Origin: the human T2T-CHM13v2.0 reference genome, Homo sapiens
Assembly (NCBI RefSeq): GCF_009914755.1
Contig: NC_060937.1
Length of the DNA: 64,000 nucleotides
Strand: one strand, 5' to 3'
Below the pieces are notes generated by a model. It was given only the letters and a program-made list of their open reading frames with translations, did not search any database and was not told the DNA's origin. This document shows positions 27,048 through 42,862 of the stretch, piece after piece (position 1 is the stretch's first letter; every line of letters begins with the position of its first letter). The position numbers were made by a program, and so were the translations under genes.

Positions 27048-29667
27048 CAAAAGGACCAAGTCTTCCCATAGAAGAGAGTGGAGAAGGCAGGGGTTTTCCC
27101 GATCCACATGTGTCTTTCTTTCTCCAGCTGGTCAAGAGGATCCCACAGAGGCCTCTTCTGCCCCAGAAGCCCTGTGTATGTGGTGGCGTGGGGGTGACTG
27201 CCCCTTCTTTGACTCACAGGGAAACAGGAATGTGGCAGAGGAGCAAGTGACATCTTTAAGAATGAAAGGAGAGAGGGGCATTACGGTTCAAAACATCACT
27301 CCATCCTTACCTATGTGGGAAATACCCTCACAGTCACTCACACACCAAAGCGGGTGTCTCTGTGTTTATGTTCATGTAGGACCATGTGGTCTCTCAATAT
27401 TGAGATGTGGGAACCACAGGAGAAAACTAGGCTATGAAGGCCAAAAAAAAAAAAAAAAGGTAACATTTAACTAAAATGTTAAATACAAGTTAAGCTAATA
27501 TACAATTTGTGACCCACATAGACATGCTATGACCTAGTGATTTTTTTAAAGCTTTTATCAGAGTTGGCAAATTCCCACAAATATTAGTCTCAGACAATTT
27601 GGCTTCATATTTCAGAATAATGCGTCTGTGATTAACACCCTGGGCTTCTTCACAGTATTGATTCTCTGGGCCTGATGTGGTAAGCAAGCACACCAGGGAT
27701 CACAAGGTCATTTTCTAACTTGCCCTGAGCCTGTGGCTTTTGTGGTTATTGCCATCTGCCGCTGTTGTTATTGCTATTGTTGTTACTGGATCTCATACAC
27801 AGTCTGGAGCTAAACGTAAAGCCTCATCCTGCAGGCATCATTTCACGCGACTGCCACAGTCTTCTCCCAAGGATAAGCTGTGATGTCACTTCCCGTGGCC
27901 GGCTGGCCTACAAAAGCCTGCTGTCATTCTGTCATGTGGTTTTGCCCAGGGTTGGCACAGGGGCGTGCCCAGACATGCAGCAGCTTTACATTGTTTCTCC
28001 CTCACAGAGCTTGGGCATATCCCATCAAGAATATGGCTGTGGCTGTGCATCCTAATAAAAGGCTGGAGAAATAACTTTGTGTTGTGACTGTAGCATTAGC
28101 CGCAAATGAAATAACTACCCTGTGCACGCTCTCATTCTGTTTCTCAAGATGTTGAAGATATAAGTATAAAAGTGTTGTTGTGTCCATAGCTGGGAAGGCA
28201 GACGGGTTTAGTCTTCAAGTCAGCTCTGAGACTGAGTGATGGCTGCCTGGGGATCCCATTGAGAGCCATTGTCAGGCTGGGTCCAGCCAAGAGCTCAGGA
28301 TTATTAGTTATGTCTGCCATGGGAGCAGAAGTGGGGACAGTGGGATTGACGTGTCATTTATTTTGCCAACTTGGTTTATAATGCAGATTCTATTACGTGC
28401 CCTGTGACTTCCTCTCCCTATTCTCTTTATGAAAATGTTTCAAAGACTTTCCTCACTAAATAAGCTGAATTCTTAGTCACTAATCATTCCCACAAAGTGA
28501 AGAGAAGTCAGCAAAAAGACCAAGGAAAGCTGGCTATATCTGGGATTGAGTGAAATTCCTCAACGGGCTCATGCTGGTCACACAAGGGGACAGCATGACA
28601 TGGTGGGAGAGCACAAGCTTCGCACTTGAATCCTGACTTATTACTAGCTCAGTGGCCTTGAGAAGGTTACTGAGTCTCAGATTCTTCACCTCTAACATGG
28701 AGCCAACAATTCCTACCTTCCTGGATGGTTGTGAAAATAAGAGCTCACCTATGTAAAGTTCAGGGAATTATGCTGAGTCCTCTGGAGACAGCAAGATATG
28801 AATGGTTGTGGAATGGGGAGCTCTGGTTAGTAGAAGCTTCTGGTGAAGTGAGTCTCACTGCCATCACTCAATACCATGCCATCATGGGAAGAACCACAGA
28901 ATAGAGTCAGAAGACATGAGCACACACTCCAGCTTAGCTACTTCCCAAGGGGGCACCCTAGGAAACTGACCTGTCTCAGCTCCAGGGTACACAAGTCTGT
29001 GTTCTGTGAAACACAGTTAATAATAACACAGCCACCATTAGGGTGATTTTGACCTTAAACATACTTATGAAAGTGCCTGGCTTACAGTGGTTGCTAAAAA
29101 TAATATATCAAATCTTCCATTTCTTTTAACTTTTATTTGGAAAAATACATTTTTTTAGAACAGTTTTAGGTTTACCAAAAAAATTGAGAAGCTAGTACAG
29201 AGAGTTCCCATGTACCCCACCCACAGTTTGCCCTATTATTAACATCTTACACTGGTGTGGTACATCTGTTACAATTAACGAACCAATATTGATACATTAT
29301 TAACGAAAGCCCATAGTTTATTCAGATTTCTTTGTTTTTTTTTCCTAATGTCCTTCTGTTCCGGGACCTCAGACAAAATCCTACATTACATTTAGTCATT
29401 ATGTCTCCTTAGGCTCCTCTGGGCTGTGACAGTTTCTCAACCTTTCCTCGTTTTTGATGACTTTGAGAGTCTTGAGGAGTACCGGTCAGTGTTTTGTAAG
29501 ACATCCCTCTATTAGAATTTGTCTGATTTCTGTTGTGATTAGACTGGGGTTATGGGCTTGGGAGATGAAAACCACAAAGATAAAGTACCATCCTCATCAC
29601 ATCATACTAAGAGTAGATGCATGATTTATCTTTATTAATATTGACCTTGATCACCTGGCTGAGGTAG

Positions 29668-30372
<705 letters not shown>

Positions 30373-33300
30373 AGTGGTGTCAGACTGGTTTTTCCACTGT
30401 AAAGTTACCCTTTTTTCTTGCCCCTTCTATTCTGTACTCTTTGGAAGGAAGTCACTATGCATAGTGACTTAAGGAGTGGGGAGTTATGGTCATCCCATTT
30501 AGGGTGAAGGATCTACTTCAATTATTTAGAATTCTTCAAGGGAGATCATCTCTTCTCTCCCGTTTATTTATTCAATCATGTATTTATATTAGTGTGGATT
30601 CTTGGATGCTTATCTTATATGCTGGGTCATAATCCGATACCATTTAATTTATTTTGTTGTTCAAATTGTTCCAGATTTGGCCGATGGGAGTTCTTTCAGT
30701 TGGTTCCTGTGTCGCTTTGATAAATTCCCATCAATGTAGGTTTATTTTGCTTTTTAGCACTTCCTTACTTTCTGAAACTTTAAGATATCTTCTAACTTTT
30801 TTATTTTGAAATAATTATAGATTCACAGGAAACTGAACAAAATATACAGAGAAGTCCCATGTACCCTCTCCCAAAGTTAACATCTAGCACTACTTTATTA
30901 CAGGAAATACAAAACATAATATAAAAACCAGGAAATTAACATTGGTACAATGCAGAGGTTATGCAGATTTCTCCAGTTATACACGCCTGTATTAGTGTGT
31001 GTGAAGGATGTATAATTCTATGCAATCGTATCACATGTGTAGCTTAATGTAACCACCACCCAATCAAGACACAGCGCTACTCAATCCCCACAAGGCTCCG
31101 TCCTGTCACCCCTTTACAGCTGCTCCTTCTTCTCCCTCCCTAACCTCTGGCTACTACTAATCTGTTCTCTATCTCTGCATTTTTGTTATTTCAAGCAGGT
31201 TATATCAATGGAATCATAGCATATGTAACCTTCTTAGATTAGCTGTTTTCACTGAGTGTAATTCCCTGGAGATTCATCCAGGCTGTTTTGTGCATCAGTA
31301 GTTCTTTCCACAGTGTGGATATGCCACAGGGAGTTTAATTGCTCCCTGTTGAAGGACATCTAGGTAGTTTCCAGTTTTCAGCTATTAGGAATAAAGCTAC
31401 TGCTATGAATGTCTGTGTCCCTGTTATTCATCACATAAGTTTTTATTTCTCTGAAATAAATGCCCAAGAATGCAATTGCTGGGTCATATGGTAAGTCCCA
31501 TTTTTAGTTTTAAAAGACACTACCAAACTGTTTCCAGAATGAATGCCATTTTACGTCCCCACTAGCTACATATGAGAGATCCAGTCTCTCAGCATCCTCA
31601 CCAGTATTTGGTTTTGTCGCTATTTTTTATTTTAACCATTCTGATAAGTGTGCGGTGCTATCTCGTTGTGGTTTTAATTTGCATCTTCCTAATGACCAGT
31701 GATGTTGAAAATCTTTTCACATGCTTATTTATAAATCTTAATTTTTTAAATGGTGAAAATAGCAACTATATACTACCAAATTTCTAAAAACAAGTAAATT
31801 TTCCTTGGAATCAGAAAGTATTCACATGGGCTCCTTGAATATCTTTTTAAGAGCCCAAAACCCACTGTAGGCTCTTGAATATGAGTTATCTCCTCTGCTG
31901 AAATAACAGCGGTTATTAGTTGAACACTTACTTTATGCCAAGTGAGAACAGGCACTTGAATTTCGTTGAATCCTCCCACAGATCTGCAGGGAACATGAGA
32001 TGAAAGAGAGCAAGTATTCCGCCATTTGCCCAAATGGGTATCAAATCGCACAACCAGAATGTAAAACTAGGCCTGTGAGACTCCAAAGCACTTGTTGTAC
32101 TCTCCACTGTCACCTCTCCTGATGGAAGTTAGGAGCAGAACCAAAATTTCTGGCTAATTGAGCTTTGGAGCTATCTATTCAGATCCTTGATACCAGAGTG
32201 TATTCCCTCCATTTAACCTCCAGCTCCAGCTGGATGACCTTAAAGTGAATTAAATTGCATTTGATCCACAGCTGCTATTTCACCTTTCACTACTTTGCTG
32301 CCTGAGGCACCAGAAAACATTCTGATTTCTCTCATCAGACTCTTCATCTGTACACGTATCTGATTAAGCAAACTATTCTGGAACTACTAGTACCAGCTGA
32401 TCGTCTTTCCTGAGCTATTAACATCAGAATCGTGGTCTACCACCAAGACCTGCTTTCCTTCTGAGGCACAGCATAGCTTCGCACCAGGACCCTGGAGCTG
32501 AGTCAGACCATTCTGTGGAGGGCAATGACCGCAAAGGCAGGGCAGCAAGATTGATGGCACCCGGGCCCCGATGACTCCACAGCAGGGTCATGAACCCAGC
32601 TAGGTTTTTTCTGAGAGAGGGTAATACACTTCTCCCTGGTTTAAGCCACTGTTAGGCTGAGTCTCAGTCATGCAGTGAAACCTGCATCTTAGCCATTCAG
32701 ATTCAGTTCAGCCCCAGAAACAGCCCACGTACCACTGGCCTCCCTACCCTGCCCACTGCAGACAAGACTAAACTATCCCCATCCAGGAGTGGCCCCCTGA
32801 GCTCAGGGCTCCAGCCAACTACTGCCAATCATTTGGAGCTGCCCCGGGGGATGAGTCCAATGCTATTGCTCTCTGGAGGCTGAACGATGCCACACTGTGT
32901 CCTGGAGGCCCCTTCTCTACAGAGGAGCATGTGTCCTGCTGGTCTACTCCCCAGACATGGCCCCTGTGTCCTGTGAGGTAACTTGTCCTCCTCACACTCT
33001 GCAGAGGAGGGAGGAGTGAGCCCCCAGCCAATACCCAGGAAGCTGGTCCAGCTCTCATAGGATAGCCAGCCCCAGCTCAGGAAAAGATTGTATGTTCAGC
33101 ATCTATATTCTTCTTCTGGCTCTGCTGCTTAACATTTTGCTGCAAAATGAAGTCATCCCTTGGCTGAAGGATATATCTCTTAAGCCCCTTGCCCTCGGTT
33201 GGCTCCCAGCAGAAGTTTTTGAAATGGTTTTTGAGAGGCAGGAGAAAGCCAGGCACTTAGCAGAGAAGGCCACATCCCTCAAAGACCCAGGAGAGCTCCG

Positions 33301-34261
33301 TCAGGGCATGGTCTTTGTCTAGCAGCAGGTCAGGTTCCCCTCCTCTTAAGCCATTCTGGAATGAATAAATAAATGAACAGGCCCCTGGAGCCATCTGGGT
33401 GGCCGACCAAATGCTCAGGCTCTACGGCCGGAGGCTGGCCTGGAGTCCCCGCTGCTCTGCTGTCTAGGTAGGTGACTTCAGGCAAGGGCAGAGCCAGGCC
33501 AGGTAACCTCTCAAACCCGGGGCTCTGTCTGTAAAATGAAAATAAGAACATACTAAAGAATGCATAAAACACACTTTCCTGGTCCTGATGGTCCCGATGT
33601 GTGGCGGGCATGCAACGAATGTTAGGGGTTTAACTCCTTTAGTCTTCTGGGCTAGACGGCATTAGCTTCATGTCAGATTCTGCTTAGAGGAGGTAAGGGA
33701 GCTGCCCATGGTGACAGAAGGGGTGTCCTGCTGGAGCCTTCTGCAAGCCCAGGGATGCTGGCAGCACCCAGCTGCTGTCTAAATGCATTGGCCCCCCGAG
33801 TGCCGACCATGCCGGCCACTGTGGGCTCTGAAAGCCAATGGGCCAAGCTGCCCAGCCATCAGGGTGGCCCTCGGATATCTCCTGGGCTTTTCTGTGGGCC
33901 AAGGGCAAGTCTCATGCTTCCTAAGGAATGAAAGAGACTGTGTCAGAGGTTGACGCTTCTGGGGTCCTATTGCAGGACACTCCCAGGCCCCCAGGCTTCC
34001 CAGAGGCTGGACTCTAGACTTGCTATGTCAAGGAGCCCAAGCAACAGGCAGCGATGCCCCACTGGTCCAGGCCCACGCTGGAGGGAGAGAGGCAGGGCCC
34101 AGACGGCCTGGGCCACAGGACACACTTGGCAAAACAATGCCATTGCTAAAGTCACAGGGTGAAAGTCAGTCATCCCCGGGCACTGCGCCTGCCACCTGCC
34201 AGCATCCGCAGCTCCACTGCCCTCCCACCTATGTGAGCAGAAACACCTCCAGTCACCTTTC

Positions 34262-34636
34262 TTCTTCTTCTTTTTTTTTTTAATTATACTTTAAGTTCTG
34301 GGATACATGTGCAGAATGTGCAGGTTTGTTTCGTAGGTATACACGTAACAATGGTGGTTTGCTGCACCCATCAACCCGTCTTCCAGGTTTTACGCGCCAC
34401 ATGCATTAGGTATTTGTCCTAATGTTCTCCCTCCTCTTGCCCCCTTACCCTCTGACAGGCCTCGGTGTGTGATGTTCCCCTCCCTGTGTCCATGCGTTCT
34501 CATTGTTCAACTTCCACTTATGAGTGAGAACATGCGGTGTTTGGTTTTCTGTTCCTGCGTTAGTTTGCTGAGGATGATAGTTTCCAGCTTCATCCATGTC
34601 CCTGCAAAGGACATGAACTCATTTTTATGGCTGCAA
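34262..34636 (-). mobile_element. L1PA7/8-like 3' end
   Basis: Reverse L1 3'UTR 'catgcattaggtatttgtcctaatg', encodes [22 protein letters not shown]; TSD core cacctttc. Confidence 0.9.
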
Positions 34637-35215
34637 CAGGCACCTTTCCTTGGCAGCACCCCCTCCGGGGAAGACATGCTTTGTCCCCCTCTGCATCTCT
34701 CTGCAGGCTCTAGGGCTGCCACAGTTCCTTGAGCCTCACTGTCTTCCCCTAGAATATGGAAATATGCATAAATAGACAACCCATGGAAAAGGACTCTCCA
34801 CCTTACCAACTGCGGTACCAAAGCTAGGAGTGCGCCTTTCAAGGAGGGGATACCTGTCCTTCCTTTGTGTGTCATTCTGTGCAGCCGCAGAACCAATCTA
34901 GGACCACGGGTCCCCCTTTACAGTCTCTAGTCACACATACCTGGGTGAGCTCTAAGCTCGCTGCGTGACCTCAGACAGGCATTGCAAATTTCTTAAGCAC
35001 CAGTTTCCTCATTTGAAATATTAGAATAGGTTAGTGTTGTCATAAATATTATAAACTTCAGAATGATTCAGGATTAGAAATAGCATTCTACACGTGTGAA
35101 ACATCTGGCCCCTCACACACACCTGCTAACTTGTTGCTTTCACTATTAATATCACTCTGACTCCCAGCCAAGAAGCATGGCTGCTGTTCCGGCAGCTGTA
35201 AAAGGGCTCTCCTTT

Positions 35216-35270
35216 GGAGGGAAGGATTTTCAGGGGAGGGAAGGATTTTCAGGGAAGGGAAGGATTTTCA
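35216..35270. repeat. 19-bp tandem repeat, about 3 copies (ggagggaaggattttcagg)
   Basis: Read directly from the sequence. Confidence 0.9.
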
Positions 35271-36316
35271 TCCACATCCCCTGGCGTCCCCCTGAGGAGT
35301 GATATTCCCCCCCCTCGCCTCACCTGAGCCACCTGCAATTCTGAGTGCTCTCATACACTCTTCCCGTATGGCCATGGTGGACCCAGGACCAGTGTTATTG
35401 TTACGATGGGCCGTTTGCTCAGGTGGGGAAATGGGGCCTTCTGCTGACAGTGGCGGAGCCAAGACCCAGACTCAGGAACCTCTGGCTCCAGCCCCGAGGC
35501 CCTTCCCCTTCTCCAGCCTGGCTCTCCCGGTGTCCATGAGTCACGTTTAGTAGCAGTTTTGGGGGTTTTGTTAACAGAATCATGAATCTTGCCTCTTCTG
35601 TCTATAGTATCCGACAGTATAACAAAATGAAAGGGAAAGAAAAGCTGCCAAATCCCGATGCAGAGAGGGTTTGGTGGCTTCCTTGTGTTGGTTCACTTCT
35701 GTGTCACAGCAGCCCCGTGTTTCTTGCCAAGAGTAAGCCTGAAATTGATCCAGATGCGGCCTAGATGTCAGGTCCCCTGTTCCTGATAGCTAGGGCAGTG
35801 AGCTTCTGTTTCCCAGGGAGAGCAGCCTCCCAGACCCTGGACACTTAGTCCTTTGTTAGGTGTTGGGATTTGATGTTTTCTCTCTAGCACTTCATGTCTC
35901 AGCATCAGCCCCATTGACTCGTGCCCCAGGGCTCCCAGTGGAATCATCTGGGTCTGTTCCTGTTAGCAGCCCTCTTGAGCAGTGGGATATGGAGGAGATG
36001 GCCAAAGGGGAACTGCATAGACCCCTGTGAACTGGGAGATACATCACCATGGAGTCAACGTGGTGGCTTTGAAGGACATGGTAGAGACACATCTCCAACC
36101 ACAGGCCACCCAGAGTAAGACCTGTCCACAAGAAGTTGTGAGGTACTTGCCACGTGCCCCATATGTATTAGATAATTTGCAAGGTGCAAACCTGCCTGCC
36201 TTTGCGGGGCAAAACACACTTACTTGAAATTCTGTACAAGTTTAATGTATAATACATACTAGAAATACATACTCAGAGTGAATTTATAGAGTATAGACCA
36301 GAGGGGTCTCAAGAAC

Positions 36317-36768
36317 TGTGAAGGGTCTGAGATTTGACCCTGCTTTTCAGCGAATGAGTTAGCCTGCCACGGTTTCATGCATGTCAGTGGAAGACACAAG
36401 ACTCCTGGGTCAGAGACCATAGACTGTTGCCACAGAGCAGGAAGCATGAGCTTACCGTTTGCATCAGATTCTTTTGCCCCTCAAAGTTCATGGTGGCGGG
36501 GCAGATGTGGTGTGCACAGAGTGGATCTTTTTCACAGCTCAGGGGCCCTGTGCTTAGGGAACCTCCAATCTTATAAGGGGGCTGCAAGCAAACTTGCCTA
36601 ACTGCTGCAGAAGGAGACTTTATCATACTGGTCAGTAAAGAAATCTGCTTTGTGTCGCTATACAAACATCCTTGAAAACTTGTCAGAACAAAGACCATGA
36701 GTGCCCTGCTATGGAGAATGGCAGAGTTGGGATTGCAGATTACAGAATTGCAGAATTATCTCCCAAGG
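36317..36768 (-). mobile_element. ERVL LTR, LTR40-like
   Basis: 'tgtgaagggtctgagattt.accct..gttagcctgccac..gaagacacaagactcctgggtcagagac..cgctatacaaacatccttgaaaa'. Confidence 0.7.
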
Positions 36769-37748
36769 AGATAGAAAAATCTATAAACAAGCAGTTATAA
36801 ATTGAGGAAGATTTCACCTAACTGAAAGGAGAGAGGCACTTCCAGATGATTGAGGAGACACACTGTGATTTCTCTCCCAGCACTTTCCCTTTCTGCATCT
36901 GTTTAACTTCATGTCAAGAATCTGTGGGTAGAGATTTCTTGAGCACACACCCAGGGGAGGAGGTACTGCTCAAAGGATATTGGGTGGAAGAGGGGAATCA
37001 GCTGGAAAGTGTCGCTTTCTTGAAAGTGATCCAAGAGGTGGCTGGAAAATCTGCTGAGGCAGAGGTCATTAAGAGGTCTCCTGCAGACTTGCTCACGCAG
37101 GAAGCGAGGGAGGAATTGAGCCAAGAAATGCTCTTGCAGGAATGGAAACTCTGTTCCCCGTTCCCCCTGTTCTGTGGGAAGCCTCAAGTGGTGATGCCAA
37201 GGGTCATACCCCAGCCAGTCATCAGCTGTCTGAACTAACAGAGAGGTGTGAGATCCCGAGGAGAAAACAATTTGAAAGCCCTGCTTCTTTAGACTTTAAG
37301 AACACTATGTGATTCCAGTGAAGTTCTGCTTTTTCCATAAGGAGGAGAGAAACCAACAGAGCAGCACGTTCCCTTTGAATTCACAGGATGATGTGTTTCT
37401 GGAGCTTGTGTACCTGACGTTGTGCCAGGAGGTGCAAGATACTACCAGATAAAAAGGATGCTTTTCTCTGCAAGCATCACCTTTTCATCCACCTACTCAG
37501 TCACTTATTCAGCAATGAATGTATTCTTGCATTTGACAATCAATTCACTGAACATATGCTAAATTCACATTAATTTTTTTCAAACACTCCTATGGACATT
37601 AAAAATATTTCCCACTAGTTCATGTCTTCATGTATTTATTCAGCAAAACTTTCATCAAACAACTGCTATGCACAAGACATGGTTCTAGGTAAGCAAATAA
37701 ATGAGTAAGATAATTTTAGGAAGGGATAAATGTAAAGAAGATAAAAGT

Positions 37749-38063
37749 GGCCAGGCATGGTGGCTCACGCCTGTAATCCCAGCACTTTGGGAGGCCAAGG
37801 TGGGCAGATCACTTGAGGCCAGAAGTTCGAAACTAGGCTGTCCAACATGTGGAAGCCCCATCTCTACTAGAAATACAAAAATTAGCTGGGCATGGTGGTG
37901 CGCCCCTGTAATCCCAGCTACTCCAGAAGCTGAGGCAGGAGAATCACTTTAACCCAGAAGGCAGGGGTTGCAGTTAGTCAAGATGGTGCCACTGCACTCC
38001 AGCCTGGGTGACAGAGCCAGACTCCATCTCAAAAAAAAAAAAAAAGAAAGAAAAGAAAAAAAA
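37749..38063 (+). mobile_element. AluS within L2 remnant
   Basis: Full dimer; flanks are L2-like ('gttgagacctgaatga', 'caagtgcaaaggtcctgagg'). Confidence 0.92.
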
Positions 38064-38609
38064 GTGAGCAAATTGGAAGAAGGGACTGCTAAACTAAATG
38101 GGGTAGACAGGGAGGGACATTTTAGTTGAGACCTGAATGACAAGAAGGAGCAAGAGATAGAATGGGCTGAGGGTGGAAGAGAAAATCAAGTGCAAAGGTC
38201 CTGAGGTCTGGGATGTTCCAAGGGTAGGAAGGAGACCAGTGCGCTTAGAGTGTTGGGAGCAAGGAAGTGAAAGGCAAGAAAGAGCAGAGAATGGTAGGAA
38301 GAGCCCCAGTGCGATGGGAAGCCTTGGGAGGGCTTTCATCAAGGCAGTTATTTGACCTGATTTATGCTTTAAATAGCAGCCTGGGCAAGAGAGTAGGCGG
38401 GGAGCCCAGTGAGGAGGCTAATGTTGGCTTATGTGCACTTTCCTGTGGTATTAAAGTACTTGAATGGAAAAGCTGAAGGAGAAGCCCAGGCTTATGTCAA
38501 TCCTGGGGTGCAGGTGGGAAAGCAACTGCAGCTTGCATATGTGGGGCAAACACACCCTAGACATGGGTAGAAATATATGCGAGCATCCTACAAGGGCGAC
38601 TTCAACCTA

Positions 38610-39037
<428 letters not shown>

Positions 39038-39954
39038 GACAAGATTTACCCATCAACCGGCAAATTTCTCCTCTCCCTCTCAGCCCAAGCCCAGGACTTT
39101 TGATGGGAAACAACACTCTAACTCCACATGTACCTTTGTACTCAATCTGTCTGCCCAGGCACATGGCAGTTTGGGGGTAAGAGTCAGCAAAGAGGAGAAG
39201 GAAAAACCAGCCACACATATCACTGCCAAGGAACACTTGTTGAAACCTACCACGTGCAAAGTGTAAGAGATGAAAGAGATGCATCTCTTGGAGATGCATC
39301 TGCCCTCCTGGAACAGGTGTTCTGGGTAGAGAAGCAAGGAAGAGGCATCCCAAGATGACGTCCCAGGCTTCTACAGTCCTCATCCTCCAGGCAATGAGTT
39401 CAGCACTGTGTATAGGTGGCCACGCTGGTGCAAGGCAGCTGAGGGTCAGAGTCACAGTAGGGAGTGGACCCAGAGCCTGGTTGCCCAGTGAGCGCCAACC
39501 CTCAACGCAGGCACTAAAGCAGACCCATAGAACCCTCCCAGGAGGCGAGGCCTGACTGGAAGGGGTGGACACTACCACATGCTCTGTGGTGCCAGGCCAC
39601 AGCTCCAAGCTCACCAGGCCAGCCATGCCAGGTCGAGGCACAGGCCCAGCCTCCATCTGTGTCATCCACATCTACATATCGTTCGCTCCCTAATTTGTTT
39701 CTCATTGTTCTCTCCCTAATGAGTCCTTTCTAGCCTGCTAAAGGGCCTAAATTATTATTTTACTTTTCCAGGAAAATTGCACACAATTTTGTGAGTACAC
39801 TGAGGCATGTTCAGCATTCCCTTGTAACATTCCCAGGCAAGGAGGCTGAACCACACTGGGTTTCTGGGTCTGAAACATTCATCTATCAGCTGAGCTTTCA
39901 GCAAAGAGTACAGCAGCCACCTGGCACCTTTGAGTTCTCACCTGCTTGTTCCCT

Positions 39955-40380
39955 GTGTTAGTCTTGATTTGTGGTTGCAAACAACAAAAATCCACTCTGG
40001 TTAGTTTATGCAAAGCAGGAATGTATTGGAAGGGTATCAAGTAACTCACAGAATTGAAAGGGAGTAGCCAGAACCAAGGGAGGCTATGTGGTCACCACAG
40101 TGGCCAAATTCACACAGGGTGTGAGTCTGGCGTGGGCAGGATGCTGCTGCCACTGCAGGACCTGCCACTGCCTCCACCACCACTGCCATTGGCACGAATT
40201 CCAAGGGTTCCCCTACATCTCTGCATCACTCCCGCCAGATGCAAAGCCTAGAGGGAGCATGTGGTTGGACAGGAGAGGGTCATGTGCTTGTGCTGAGAGT
40301 GTCCTAGCCCGGACTGCTGTTCCCAAACATCAGAAGGGCTCTGAGATGTTGAGCTCCAGAAAACATAACGAAAGTCCTCT
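39955..40380 (-). mobile_element. Old MLT1 (J/K/L-type) LTR
   Basis: 'tgtgttagtc..ggttgcaaacaacaaaaatccactctggttagttta..gtaactcacagaatt'. Confidence 0.6.
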
Positions 40381-40789
40381 GTAGTCACTGAATGCTGTAG
40401 GGATATTGGGAAAAATCTTTTAACCACTTTGAGCTTCAAGGTTGTCCTCAGCAAAGATTCATTAAATTGAAATGGCATGTTTTGAAAATATAAACCAATA
40501 AGAAACAACCTGATTATAATACGAGGAGAAATTAACATGGGCCGAAATGACTTGAAACAGCACACGTGGAAATGTGTGTTGATGCACCTGGATGGACGGC
40601 TACCTCTCAACCTGGGATGGGTCACAGCCACAGGGGCACACTCCTACAACCAGATCATGGAAACCGGCCCGCAGGAGATCAGCCAGACACCGGAGTTACC
40701 AGATGTGGATCTTTAAATAACCACGGTTCAAATATTAAAGGAACTCAACGAAATGATGGGAAATTTCAGCGCCAAACTGGCAAGTATTT

Positions 40790-42060
40790 TTAAAAATGAT
40801 GACTACAATAACTGTCATTAAAATTCAATGGCTAGATTTAGCAGTAGATGACATAGTCTTTAAGAATTAGTCAAGAATATCAAAGAAAATATCCAGACCG
40901 AAGCATGGAGAGAAAAAAGATAGAAAACACAGACAAGAACGTAAGAGACATATAGGACGCAGCAAAAAAGGTTTAAAATATGCGTAGGTGGAATCCCAGA
41001 AGGAGAAGGAAGAATTAACGGAGAAAAGACAATATTTAAAGAGATATTTAAAACAGATTAAAGACATCAAAGCCATAGAGTTGACAATAAGAGGAACTTC
41101 AAGCAGGAGAAATATAAAGAAAATGAAATTGAGGCATATTGTAGTAAGGGTGCTGAAAACTGAAAATGAATAGAACATCTTAAAAGGAAACCAGTTGTTG
41201 GGGAGAGAGTATATTACAATCAAAGGGACAACAATAAGGCTGACACTAACCTTTACCAGAAACAATAGAAGACAAAAGACGTGAAATCATATCTTCAAAG
41301 TGCTGGAAGAAAACAGCTGACAACATTTTACAGCCACCAAAACTATTCTTCAAATACTAAGGTGAACGAAACATATTTCCAGACAACAAAACCTGAGATA
41401 ATATGTTACCAGCACACACATACTAAAAAATGTTTTTTAGACAAAAAAAAAAAATGATCTCAGTGGAAGCATGGAAATGCAGGAAGAAATAAAGAACACT
41501 GTAAAGTGTAAATATTATAGTAGATAAACCTAAATTAATACTAAATTAGTGCTGACCATGTACATAGTAATAATATTAATGTTTTGTAGAGTTTTAAATA
41601 GAAAGAGAATTTATAAAGCAATAATAGTACTTAAGGCAGGAGAAAAGAAATTAAAATGGTGTAACCTCCTTAAATTTCCCGGGAAATGGTAAAAGACCTA
41701 ATTTATGTTAGATTGTAATAACTCAAGGATGCATGTTGGAATCTCTAGGGTTAAAAAATTAGCATATATGTAACAAGCTAATAGAGGAGTAAAATAAAGA
41801 GCAATTAGAAGACAAGATAGAAAAGAAAAGGAATCTAAAACAAAAATAATCAATAGAAAACAAGTAGTAAGATAGATTTGAGCAAAAATTACCAGTAATT
41901 ACAATAAATGTAAACAAACTGAAGAATCCAATTAAAAGATCAATTTTTTTCAAAATGGATTTAAAAAGAAATAACTATATACTGTGTATAAGAGATACTC
42001 CTTAAATATAAAGTTGAAGAAAGTTTGAAAGTGGAAGAATGAAAAAAATATAAATTGTAA
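40790..42060 (+). mobile_element. Old L1M ORF1/inter-ORF remnant
   Basis: A-rich; 'ggaatcccagaaggagaagg', 'gaggcatattgtagta', 'atcttcaaagtgctggaagaaaac'. Confidence 0.75.
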
Positions 42061-42064
42061 ACTG

Positions 42065-42175
42065 AACAACAGGAACTTGAAGTCAGATTTAAGGAAGACC
42101 TTCCTAACATTAAAGAAAGACGTTGGAATGAGCTATTGTGGAATGTTTCCTGGATGTATTTAAGAATAAAAGAAA
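42065..42175 (+). mobile_element. CR1/L3 fragment
   Basis: 'aaggaagaccttcctaaca..ttggaatgagct..tgtggaat..cctggatgtatttaagaata'. Confidence 0.5.
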
Positions 42176-42862
42176 AGTCTCATTCTCCTTCCAGAAACAG
42201 AAAGCTAGTCTTCCTGTCCATCCAGGTTTCTATACTATGCCTGGGAAGAACACGGTTGGTCAATAAATAATAAGTCATTCATTATTGGAAATTGATTAGT
42301 CATTTGTCATATGCCTGTTTATACTGCATCCCTAAGACATATAATTAAGAAAATATTACATGGAAAAGTTCAATTTTCAAGTTAGTCATAGCACCTTTCC
42401 TCCCTACCAATATCTACTGGCCCTTCTAGCCTTGACCTTTTCATTTTTGAAATATTCTACCACCTGACCTGGATCAGTATTAAGGTTGCTTAAATCTCTG
42501 GCCAAGAGTGATCCTTTTCCATCTGGGACCCTGTTCCATCCTTGGGTTTCTAGCCCAACAGTGGTTGCCATAGGTATTGCCCTCCTCAGTGTGGAGGCAG
42601 GTCCCCTCCCATTGCCCACCACCCCACCCACCTTTCTCTGGCCTGTGTTTTTAGGCCATTTTATAATCCTGTTCCTTGGCTTGAACCCAGGGCCTTGAGT
42701 TAATGGAATTCTGATTTCTCCTTGAGGATCATATCTCAAACTCTGCAAATATGGCAAAGGGCTAACAATTGTTAAACCCAGGTGATGACTAAAAGGGTGT
42801 TCATTGTGTCCTCTCTACCCTCCCTATTCGCTCCAGTTCTCTGAGTTTACAATGACTTCAAA

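Noticed and set aside
33092-33322. 76-aa ATG ORF with a hydrophobic, signal-peptide-like N-terminus
   Set aside because: Poor Kozak context, no promoter or splice evidence, no homology I recognise; expected by chance in T-rich DNA.
35216-35270. Short repeats as a CRISPR-like or NF-kB site array
   Set aside because: No spacers and no true GGGRNNYYCC match; a simple 19-bp tandem in eukaryotic DNA.
36846-37238. 130-aa ATG ORF
   Set aside because: No recognisable family; lies next to LTR sequence; nothing supports translation.
39274-39289. Perfect 16-bp palindrome aagagatgcatctctt
   Set aside because: About one such palindrome is expected by chance in 64 kb.
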